Positions 23,601 through 35,600 of a stretch of 64,000 bases of DNA are shown here, piece by piece. The notes below the pieces were generated by a model, which was given only the letters and a program-made list of their open reading frames with translations, made no database searches and had not been told where the DNA came from. The stretch lies in NCBI GenBank assembly GCA_950097015.1, contig CATNEN010000038.1:5828001-5892000 (forward strand). Reading direction: 5' to 3'. This DNA comes from Macrostomum hystrix (lineage: Eukaryota; Animalia; Platyhelminthes). The position numbers and the translations under genes are program-made. The first letter of the stretch is position 1, and each line of letters begins with the position of its first letter.

Positions 23601-26600
23601 CATCATAGGATCTGTAACTGTGACAGCTGTCATCATTGGATCTGTAACTGTGACAGCTGTCATCATTGGATCTGTAACTGTGACAGCTGTCATCATAGGA
23701 TCTGTAACTGTGACAGCTGTCATCATTGGATCTGTAACTGTGACAGCTGTCATCATTGGATATGTAACTGTGACAGCTGTCATCATAGGATCTGTAACTG
23801 TGACAGCTGTCATCATTGGATCTGTAACTGTGACAGCTGTCATCATTGGATCTGTAACTGTGACAGCTGTCATCATTGGATCTGTAACTGTGTCAGCTGT
23901 CATCATGGTATCTGGGTTATCGACAGCTGTCATCATGGTATCTGGACTATTAACAACTGTCATAATCGTATCTCGGTTATTTATGACAGTCGCGATTATA
24001 GAAATGCATGAACTCACCTGGCCATAGCCTGCAGGTCATTCTGCGGATTCCAGTCGCTATCAAAGATGACCACAGTGTCAGCGGATGCCAGGTTAACGCC
24101 AAGCCCGCCAGCTCGAGTTGACAGCAGGAAGCAGAAGTCCTGCGAGTTTTCCGCATTGAAAGCATCCAAAGCCTGTTTGCGAGCCTCGCCCAGAATGGTG
24201 CCGTCCAGGCGCTGGAAGGCCCAGTTGCGCAGGGACAGGTACTCGGCTAGCACATCTAGCATCATGACCATCTGGGAGAAGATCAGCACCCGATGACCGC
24301 CGGCGCGGAGATTCCAAAGCAATTTGTCAAGCAGCAGCATTTTGCCTGAGCCGCGAATCAGGCTCTCCAGACGCTCGCACCTGTCCGATGACATCGGCGG
24401 CTCCTGCACCAGGTAGGTGTGGTTGCAGCACTTCTTTAGCTCCATGATGAGGTTGAGGAAGGCGTTGGGCCTGTTTAGCATCTTGTAGTTCCTAGTCAGG
24501 ATCCATTTGTAGTACTGCTTCTGCTGGCGGCTCATCTCCACTCTGAGAATGCTCTCAGTCTTGGGCGGCAGGCTCTTCTCGACATCCTTCTTCACACGGC
24601 GCAGTAGGTAGGGCTCCAGCTGCTTGTGCAGCCGCTCGAAGCCTTTGCTATTGTCACCGTGAGCCTCTTCAAACTCCGGCCAGTTGTTGAATGTGTCCGG
24701 CTGGATGAAATGCAGCAGAGCCCACAGTTCGCGCAGGCTGTTCTGCAGAGGAGTGCCGGTCACCAGCAGGCGGGTGTTAGTCTTGAAGTCGATCAGTGTC
24801 TTGTACAGCAGGCTGTCGTCATTCTTCAGCCGGTGGGCTTCGTCAACGCCGAGGAGGGCCCAGGAGACCGCGCCTAGCCAGCCGCGGTCCTTCAGCAGGA
24901 TTTCGTAGGTGGTCAAGCAGACGTTGAACTTCAGACGGCGATTCACCTGGACGATGAAAGAAATTAATTGAAATTACCGTCAATTGAAACACTAACAGAA
25001 AGAAATGCTGAATTAATTTAACAACACGAATGTATATAACCGCTGTGTTTATGTGTACAAATAAAATAAGCTATAGACTAGTCTACTGTACTCAAACAGT
25101 ATCGGAGCATTTAAACTGTACTCAAACAGTGTCTCGGCACTTTAACTGTACTCAAACAGTGTCTCGGCACTTTAACTGTACTCAAACAGTGTCTCGGCAC
25201 TTTAACTGTACTCGAACAGTATCGGAGCATTTAAACTGTACTCAAACAGTGTCTCGGCACTTTAACTGTACTCAAACAGTGTCTCGGCACTTTAACTGTA
25301 CTCAAACAGTGTCTCGGCACTTTAACTGTACTCAAACAGTGTCTCGGCACTTTAACTGTACTCAAACAGTGTCTCGGCACTTTAACTGTACTCAAACAGT
25401 GTCTCGGCACTTTAACTGTACTCAAACAGTGTCTCGGCACTTTAAATGTACTCGAACAGTATCGGAGCATTTAAACTGTACTCAAACAGTGTCTCGGCAC
25501 TTTAACTGTACTCGAACAGTATCGGAGCATTTAAACTGTACTCAAACAGTGTCTCGGCACTTTAACTGTACTCGAACAGTATCGGAGCATTTAAACTGTA
25601 CTCAAACAGAGTCACAGCACTCAACCAGTATCGGAGCACTCAAACTGTACTCAAACAGAGTCACAGCACTCAACCAGTATCGGAGCACTCAAACTGTACT
25701 CAAACAGAGTCACAGCACTCATCCAGTATCGGAGCACTCAAACTGTACTCAAACAGAGTCACAGCACTCAACCAGTATCGGAGCACTCAAACTGTACTCA
25801 AACATAGTCACAGCACTCGAGCAGGATCGAAGCACTCAATCAGTACTTAAAAAGTAAATGGTAAACCCTGCTGATAAACAATAATCAATAATAAATTTAA
25901 TGACCTGCTGCCATTCGTAGCTGCGAATAACATTCCTGGAGTCCACATCGCCCAGATACACTATGACATTCATCTGCGGCGCCCAATTGGCAAATTCTCG
26001 CTTCCAGCCAATCACAGTCGACAGGGGCACAACCAATAGGAACGGGCCCCAGATTTCGTGCTCGTGAAATAGAACGGACATGAAACAGATGGTCTGGATG
26101 GTTTTGCCCAAGCCCATCTCGTCAGCCAGAATGGACGAATAGCCGCGAGTCCACGAGTGATACAGCCAGTTGACACCGTCCAGTTGATAGTCACGCAGGC
26201 GATTGTCCGGATTCTCCGGCGACATGTACTTCGGCTGCGATTTGAGCTGGCGAAACTTCGGCCGGTACTTCAGGGCCTGAAGTAGGGGTTCGGGATTTTA
26301 AAGACTTATATTGACAGCTGAGAGCCGAGATTGTTTGAACAGAGAGAAAACTGCCTGAGGAGACAACTGAGGAGACAACTGCCTGAGGAGACAACTGCCT
26401 GAGGAGACAACTGCCTGAGGAGATAACTGCCTGAGGAGACAACTGCCTGAGGAGACAACTGCCTGAGGAGACAACTGCCTGAGGAGATAACTGCCTGAGG
26501 AGACAACTGCCTGAGGAGATAACTGCCTGAGGAGACAACTGCCTGAGGAGACAACTATCTGAGGAGACAACTATCTGAGGAGACAACTGAGGAGACAACT

Positions 26601-29600
26601 GCCTGAGGAGACAACTGCCTGAGGAGACAACTGCCTGAGGAGACAACTGCCTGAGGAGACAACTGCCTGAGGAGACAACTGCCTGAGGAGACAACTGCCT
26701 GAGGAGATAACTGCCTGAGGAGACAACTGCCTGAGGAGATAACTGCCTGAGGAGACAACTGCCTGAGGAGACAACTATCTGAGGAGACAACTATCTGAGG
26801 AGACAACTGAGGAGACAACTGCCTGAGGAGACAACTGCCTGAGGAGACAACTGCCTGAGGAGACAACTGCCTGAGGAGATAACTGAGGAGACAACTGAGG
26901 AGACAACTGCCTGAGGAGATAACTGCCTGAGGAGATAACTGCCTGAGGAGATAACTGAGGAGACAACTGAGGAGACAACTGCCTGAGGAGATAACTGCCT
27001 GAGGAGATAACTGAGGAGACAACTGAGGAGACAACTGCCTGAGGAGATAACTGCCTGAGGAGACAACTGCCTGAGGAGACAACTATCTGAGGAGACAACT
27101 GAGGAGACAACTGCCTGAGGAGACAACTGCCTGAGGAGACAACTGCCTGAGGAGACAACTGCCTGAGGAGATAACTGCCTGAGGAGACAACTGCCTGAGG
27201 AGACAACTGCCTGAGGAGACAACTGCCTGAGGAGACAACTGCCTGAGGAGATAACTGCCTGAGGAGACAACTGCCTGAGGAGATAACTGCCTGAGGAGAC
27301 AACTGCCTGAGGAGACAACTATCTGAGGAGACAACTATCTGAGGAGACAACTGAGGAGACAACTGCCTGAGGAGACAACTGCCTGAGGAGACAACTGCCT
27401 GAGGAGACAACTGCCTGAGGAGATAACTGAGGAGACAACTGAGGAGACAACTGCCTGAGGAGATAACTGCCTGAGGAGATAACTGAGGAGACAACTGAGG
27501 AGACAACTGCCTGAGGAGATAACTGCCTGAGGAGATAACTGAGGAGACAACTGAGGAGACAACTGCCTGAGGAGATAACTGCCTGAGGAGACAACTGCCT
27601 GAGGAGACAACTATCTGAGGAGACAACTGAGGAGACAACTGCCTGAGGAGACAACTGCCTGAGGAGATAACTGAGGAGACAACTGAGGAGACAACTGCCT
27701 GAGGAGACAACTGCCTGAGGAGACAACTGCCTGAGGAGATTACTGCCTGAGGAGATAACTGAGGAGACAACTGCCTGAGGAGACAGCTATCTGAGGAGAC
27801 AACTGCCTGAGGAGACAACTATCTGAGGAGACAACTGCCTGAGGAGACAACTATCTGAGGAGACAACTGAGGAGACAACTGCCTGAGGAGATAACTGTCT
27901 GAGGCTGTCTAAACTGTCTGTATTCCAGAACTGCCTGAAGAGACAACAGGCAGGCAGAAACTTTCTAGGAAGACACAAGAAAGTTAAAAACAGGAGCCAC
28001 TTACCTTGCAGTTCTTGTTCGGCAAAGTCTGTGCTTTCAGCCTAGTCTCGTATTCATCCACAGCGCTTAGAAACAGCTTAGTAACCAACTGGCCGTCCTC
28101 CCAGCTACAGTCTGAGTAGGGCAGGCCGGCCCATTTGCAGTAATAGTCAGAGTAGCCACCGGCTGGCGCCTTGGAGTGTGCCACTATCCGCTCCACCTGA
28201 CGGTGCTCAGCGAGGAGGTTCTCGTTCACTTCCTCGTGATAGTTGAAGCTCTCCAGCTCCTCTGGCGTGGCCGTCCTCTTCCACTCTCTGATCTCTTCGA
28301 TGCGCTGTTTGAAGTTTAAAATCTTTTTCAAGCCGTCCACGCATTTCTGGGCCAGCGAGTCCATGGACTCCCAGGTGTTGTGCAGGTGCGACCAGCCGCG
28401 CCATTTAATAAAGAATTGCACATCGCCGTCCTCTTTGCTGGCATCGAAGCCTTCGTTGGGATCTCGCTCCTCTAGCACATTGTAGAAGGTTGTCTTGTCT
28501 CCGGTGGCGCCCTGGAGTCAACGTTATAATTAAAAATACTTTAGCTCAGCATGCTATTCACACTGAATAACGGTCCCCGCTGGCTGTAGAGCGGCCCTAG
28601 AACAATTCTACCCCAGATTTTTATACCCCAAATCTACCCGCTATGGTCACTTGATTCAGTGCCTGCGAATTGAAGGAGCTGTCTATGGCCCATAGTGTTC
28701 CCGGCAATGCTGAAGAAGCTGTGGAGCTATTCCTGACTCAGTTACTGAACGCATAGTCCCACGACTGGAAAGATCGAGGAATTCCCAATCAACTGAAGGA
28801 GAAAGAATTGCTTCTCATCGAAGTAATCAAGAATTGCCCATAGAAGCGGTGCCGATTGCGAATCGGCGTCACTTAAAAGACACAGTTTACCTGTACAGCA
28901 TGTCCCACTTTGCAGGCACTCTGCGCACTCTGTGGAAGCAAAGACGACAGAATGACTATGGGTATTTTAACAGTAGGGCTACCAAGCCATTTTGCCGCCC
29001 GATTTCTCCCCCCCCTTAAAATGTTTTTGGCAGCACCCGAATGCTAACAGCGTTGGGTGGTGACTGATTGGTTGACAGACTTGGCGATGGTGCACTGTGG
29101 TTGAGCTGCGCCTAATATTGAGGCTTGATCAGTGAAATTGGAGAAATTCGCGTCAGGGTGTCCATAGTGGCCTTTTTCCACCTGTTGTAGCCCTTGAAGG
29201 TCCAGCAGTCCGTCTAGATAAAGGTCGGTGACTCGGGTGACATGCTCATAAATTTTAAAGGCTTTGAAGGCCGCACTGAGGCGCAGTGCTAATTTGTGCA
29301 TAGGGGTGTATGAAATACAATAGCGCTTCTGTGAAAAAGCAAACATTCGACCAGAACCGTTGAATATCTGGACGGTCTGAAGGACTGGCAACTTGATTCC
29401 TTTGTCATAAGATGCGCAACAAAAGGTTGGCCTGTTCTTGAGTTTCGTGTGCTTGCACACAAAAAATTGTCAAGGGGTGGGAAATTTCCGTTGGTAGTTC
29501 TACTGTTGAATGATTGACAAAGGCTGCTCTTCAGCCACTGGGTTTGAGGGCGTTAAAGGTTAAAAAGGTTCTGCAAGGTGTTAGAGGCCCAATTCAATGC

Positions 29601-32600
29601 CCAGGACCAAAGCTTACCTTGCGACCAACTCGATAATTCAGCACCCGCTCGATTCCTTCAGCATCTTCCATCGGTGGCGGCGCCAGTAAGTCCGATTGCG
29701 ACAGCTGGGTTTCAGTCTCCTGGTAGGGCTCGCCATCAGAGTCCGCCTCGTTGTCGTGTTGGGAATCATCCGAGTCGCTGCAGAGAGGATAATAAAGCGC
29801 ATGGAGATGCCTCTAGCTTTGACTAAAGCTGGCTTATGTGGTGAAGCCAAGAAAATTATTAAAAGGTGAGATTGACAACAGTTAAAAAGCAATCTGGGAA
29901 ATAAACTAGCAAATTAATCTACCCGTGACAACATGCAAGGCTGTATAGATTATAACTAATCTATAGCATCTACAAACAAAAATGAGGACATATATATCTA
30001 ACAAAACAAAATCTGACTAGATAGGCCTGTAACACGATTGAGACAGGGTGTCCGGTTAAATCATACATTTAAATATGAAATTTAGAGATTAGTAAAGCGA
30101 TAAAGCTTTGTAGGATAGATTACAAATCGGTGCATATACTCGTAGTTTTATCGATATGAAAGGCAATAAAGGAAATAACGAGCGAATTATTAACATTTTT
30201 CAATACACGTTCAAGTTACAGACGTTACATTTTCTTATCAAAGCGAATGGCTCTGCATGCTATAAGCAAATGCAGAATATTTTGTAAAAGCTGTAATCAT
30301 TATTTATTACTGACAAAGTGAAGCAGTAATCACTGATCTACAGCCATTCACCTGTGATAATCACTGATCTACAGCTATTCACCTGTGATAATCACTAAAC
30401 TGCAGCCATTCATCTGTGATAATCACTGATCTACAGCCATTCACCTGTGATAATCACTAAACTACAGCCATTCACCTGTGATAATCACTGATCTACAGCT
30501 ATTCATCTGTGAGAATCACTGATCTACAGCCATTCACCTGTGATAATCACTAAACTACAGCCATTCACCTGTGAGAATCACTGATCTACATCCATTCACC
30601 TGTGATAATCACTGATCTACAGCTATACACCTGTGATAATCACTGAACTACAGCCATTCACCTGTGATAATCACTGATCTACAGCTATTCATCTGTGAGA
30701 ATCACTGATCTACAGCCATTCACCTGTGATAATCACTGATCTACAGCCATTCACCTGTGATAATCACTAAACTACAGCCATTCACCTGTAATAATCACTG
30801 ATCTACATCCATTCACCTGTGATAATCACTGATCTACAGCTATTCATCTGTGATAATCACTGAACTACAGTCATTCACCTGTGATAATCACTGATCTACA
30901 GCTATTCATCTGGGATAATCACTGATCTACAGCTATTCATCTGGGATAATCACTGATCTACAGCTATTCATCTGTGAGAATCACTGATCTACAGCCATTC
31001 ACCTGAGATAATCACTGATCTACAGCCATTCACCTGTGATAATCACTGATCTACAGCTATTCATCTGTGAGAATCACTGATCTACAGCCATTCACCTGTG
31101 ATAATCACTGATCTACAGCCATTCACCTGTGATAATCACTAAACTACAGCCATTCACCTGTAATAATCACTGATCTACATCCATTCACCTGTGATAATCA
31201 CTGATCTACAGCTATTCATCTGTGATAATCACTGAACTACAGTCATTCACCTGTGATAATCACTGATCTACAGCTATTCATCTGGGATAATCACTGATCT
31301 ACAGCTATTCATCTGGGATAATCACTGATCTACAGCTATTCATCTGTGATAATCACTGATCTACAGCCATTCACCTGAGATAATCACTGATCTACAGCCA
31401 TTCACCTGGGATAATCACTGATCTACAGCTATTCGTCTGTCATAAGTTGACAAACAAATTGATTTGCTGACCCAAATAGAGGAAAAGGAAGTACGAGAAA
31501 AAAAGAGGCAAATCTGTCTAAACTTTCTCATCCCACCAAACCCGGCACCAGCAACTCGTTGAGCGCGCGCGGTTTCTAACGAAAGACTCATTCCAGAAGC
31601 ACAGAATAAGCGAACATTTTTGTTGGAGGTTTAAAAACAAACTAATTTCAGAAGCGGCGGAAGAGCTAGTTGGTAGGCTGAAGTGAGGGATCAGCTAATT
31701 TTCAGGCATCCAAAGCGGACAGGCCCCAATATCCCACCTCTTATGATCAGCGGCTTTCTTGTCGCTCAAGCTGTGAGAAGAAAACTTTCTCAGCGGCCTC
31801 AGCGTTGCTTCGGAGGCGCCCCTGCGTTAGAAATGAAGGCGCGGCGGTGGCGCGAATGGTATTTCATTGTTAATTATTTATTTAAAAACAATATATTAAG
31901 CAATTTAATTTTGAACCAATTTGCTAGGCTTTTGGCACATCTTCTGCAACGAATTTAAACGTAACTAATGGGAATTTAAATGCCTGCAGTTTGCAGATTC
32001 TGACTTAGAGGTCACGAGTTCGAATCTAGTGTCCCTGATAATGACACTGGCTTCACCATTGCTTCAGTTAAACAAAAACAGGAAACTCATACAAAATCCA
32101 AAATGCCTACTATAAGTAGGCTTGACAGATATTCAGTGAAAACAAAACTGAATAAAAACAAGCCAGGGATCACACTGACCTGATCTCTGCCCGGCGACCG
32201 CCGCTGCCGCCACTGCGTCGCGCACCAGCAGCCTGACGCGGAGGAGCGTCGGTGGCTGTGCGCAGCATTGGGTGCAGCTTGTTGCTCGGCTTCAACTGCC
32301 CGCTAGAGCTGGCGGATCGCTGCTGACTCGGCTGCGACCGGCGTGACACGGCGCTCCCTCTGTAGCCGTTGTTGACACCGCTCTCGGAGCCGCCCGAATC
32401 CTGATCGTCGTAGTCTTTGTCGTCATCCGCGGCATCCTCGCCGGATGAGGACAACTCGCGGTAGCTGCGAACCCGGCTGCCGCTGCGTCGGGAGCGAAGC
32501 TGCCGCTTTTTCTGAGAAGACGACGATGCAGCCGAGACGGCGGCTCCCCGACGTCGCTTTCTGGCCGTCGCCGGAGTCGGCGATGATGACGACGATGATG

Positions 32601-35600
32601 AAGACGACGAGTCGTCATCATCTGAGGAGGCAGCCGCGCCGGCGCGACCGTCGCTAGAATCGTCATCGTCGCTATCGGATAGGGTGAATGTGACGCCGCG
32701 ACGCCGCCGCTTGCCATCGCCGGCCGTGGTGGAACTGCCGCGTCTGCGACGCTTTCTTTGCGTCGACGATGAAGCCGGCGCCGCCGACAAACGTTCGCTG
32801 ATGTCGTCATCGTCGTCGTCGTCTTGATCGCCGCCGCCTCGACCGACAGCTAGCCTGGCTGGCTCTCTCCGACTGCGGCCAGAGCGGCGGACGCCCCATA
32901 GCTCGGGGTCGTCGTCGATGGCCGCCCGTAGCGAACCGCCGCCGCCGCCACTAGGATGAGCCAATGGCAACGCGTAGCAACATAAAATCTATTGAGCTCA
33001 AAGTCAATTGCTATCAAAGGATTTATTAACTAACCTAGTTCCACTTTTGCTGTGTCGCTGAGCAGGCTTGGATGAAGCATGCGACGGCCTGCGCTGCTGC
33101 TGCTGACGTTTGGACGACTCGGATGTTGATGAAGCCGCAGCTGGCGACGAGGACACGCTGCTGCCCGCGTCCTCCATCTGCGGCTTCCGCTGCTGATCCT
33201 CTTCGCTGTCGCTGCTGAGTCTGCCGCGTCGCCTGCCACCGCCGGCAGGCTTTGAGATGCTTGGCTTCGCCTTTTGTTGTAGCTGCTGCTTGTGACCCAC
33301 AGACGGTCGCTTAGGCGGCGGTTGATCGCTACTGCTGCCATCGTCGGAATGCTTCAAAGAATGATCTTCGTCATCCGAGCTGTCGGTTTCGCCAGCGGCA
33401 GCGGCGGCTGCTGCAGCTGCTGCTGCCGCTGACGCTTTAGCAGAGGTAGCGGCTGCGTCTTCGTCACTAAAAAATGTGCGAGAAATATGATGCACTTACA
33501 TTAACAAAACCGATTACAGCTAGCAAATTCAGTTGCGCCAAACGTGTGGAGAAAGTGTTAGAGTCGAAGCTAATGCTCGGCGCTTACAAAGGTCCACTGT
33601 TCAGTCCATGGACTGGGCAGCACCACACCCTCACTTTATACACTAGTTAATGTCACGAAACACTAGGCTACAACGTTTCGTATTACAGCCGACCCACCGA
33701 AAGATAGAGGATTACAGCACACCAACTGAAGGATTGAAGGATTACAGCAATAATAAGCAATTAGAAATAATAAGCATTAATTACAGCAATTAGCAATAAT
33801 TGGAGGTAATCCTGCTGTAATCCTCCAATCCCACTGAAGGATTGGAGGATTACAGCAGACCCACTGAAGGATTGGAGGATTACAGCAGACCCACTAAATG
33901 ATTGGAGGATTACAGCATACCTACTGAAGGATTAGAGGATTAAAGCACTTAGAGAATCTTACTGCGATTCTGGTTTGGGATCCAAACGGCCCAAGAAGGC
34001 TGTCTGACGTCGTGACAACTGTGATTCTAATTAGGGATCTTAATATGATTCTGGTAAGGGATCTTACTGTGATGCTGTTTAGGGATCTTACTGCGATTCT
34101 GGCCACAGCTTTAGCTGCTGATCGGGTTATTGCTTTTAAACATGGGTAAACTTTCTCCACAGATATCACAGGAAGTCGAGAAGGTACAAATCAGAGGTTT
34201 TACTTCGTTGGACGTCAGACCAGATGATTAAGAAAATTAAGCAATTGTGATAATTTCACATTAAGAACTTAAGAAGACACTATCGCTGAACTATTTCTAG
34301 GGCAAAAACGAAATATTAAAAACGTATCGACAATACGAGGGGTGATCGAAAAGTTCTGCAACGTACTCTCCTGTAGCCGTTTCTACTGCACCAAATAAAC
34401 TGAAATCTGACACACTTGTTCAGAATTTCGATTTTTCCTTCCTTGTAGAGTTTCAATAGATTTCGCTAATTAGTTTGCAATTTTACTGGGCACAAACCAA
34501 TTCCTGTTTTTAGCCTGTACATGGAATCGTCAAAAGACTATATTCGATTCTACATATATATGCGCATGCAGCTAGGCAAAAAAGCTGTGGAAATACACGC
34601 TGACTTAGTTTCTGTATTGACTGAAGCTGCGCCGTCATTTGACACCGTCGCGCGCTGGATGCGCCACTTCTCTGACGGGCGGACGGGCGCCAAAGACGAG
34701 AGTCGGTCTGGACGACCTCGGACATCCGTGACCGAAGCATCAGTGGCCCGTGTGGACGCGATTGTGCAGGAGGATCGCAGCGTGACACTGAGATTCCTTG
34801 ACTACGAGCTTGGTGTCAGCTATGGAAGCGCCCACACCATCATGCATGAGCAGCTGGGCCGCTCCAAGACCTGCGCCCGCTGGGTGCCGCACCTGCTCAC
34901 AGTTGACCAGCGCGCTGAGCGCATGCGCATCTGCCGCTTGTGGCTGGAGATGTTCAAACCAAACGGCCCAAGAAGCCTGTCTGACGTCGTGACAGGCGAC
35001 GAATGTTGGATTTCGTTCTTCACGATGAAGGACAAGCAGTCCAACATGGTCTGGCTGACCGAAGATGAGCCCAGGCCCTGAAGTCCTGAAGACGGGGTTC
35101 TGAAGCAGGAAGAGAATATTCAACATTTTCTTCAAAATTTTCTCTCAGGGCGTCGTGGCGGTCGACATTCTTCCTGAGAGCAGCACGGTGACTGCCAAGT
35201 ATAACACTGAAACGGTGCTGCCGGCTGTGCTTGAGGAGAGGCGGCAGCGGGCGAGAACTCGGCATGGTGCCAGGCTGCTGCTGCACCACGACAATGCGGC
35301 ACCCCACACTGCAGCTGCAACTCAGGTCTTCCTGGAACAGCAAGGAGTTCAGCTGCTGCCCCACCCGCCCTACTCACCAGACCTCGCACCCTGCGACTTC
35401 TGGCTGTTCCCGAAATTAAAATCTGCCATCTCTGGGAGGCCGTTTTCTCGCATCCAAGACATGGCAAGAGTGGTCAAATCAGAACTAGAGAGACTGCCCG
35501 CATCAGAGTACCATAGCTGCTTCCAGGCTGGGTGGATGCACATGCATCGGTGCATTGAAGCTGAGGGGAAGTACTTCGAGGGAATGAGACACTAAATCTG

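Noticed and set aside
23400-24027. ORFs encoding ([10 protein letters not shown])n or ([10 protein letters not shown])n, superficially metal-binding or beta-solenoid proteins
   Set aside because: These are translations of an intronic 30-bp repeat. Retention in CHD1 hits a stop at once (AG|GTGA).
25030-27978. Many long repetitive ORFs ([16 protein letters not shown]; [10 protein letters not shown])
   Set aside because: Artefacts of minisatellites inside CHD1 introns, mostly with TTG starts.
28575-29520. Possible LINE remnant or ORF (RLSAAFKAF) in CHD1 intron 5
   Set aside because: Only a faint RTE-like phrase, with no RT or endonuclease motif I can support.
29760-29777. Apparent frameshift between CHD1 exons 4 and 5
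   Set aside because: On recount the phase-2 junction is in frame ([11 protein letters not shown]).
18221-31443. 30-31-bp repeats as CRISPR arrays
   Set aside because: Units are head-to-tail with no unique spacers, there are no cas genes, and the context is eukaryotic.
31725-31825. Possible extra CHD1 cassette exon ([10 protein letters not shown], frame-preserving)
   Set aside because: Weak donor (GTGGGA) and not needed for phase; cannot be supported without transcripts.
20680-33466. Poly-Ala, Gln, Ser and His tracts in CHD1
   Set aside because: Ordinary low-complexity disordered regions for this protein class.
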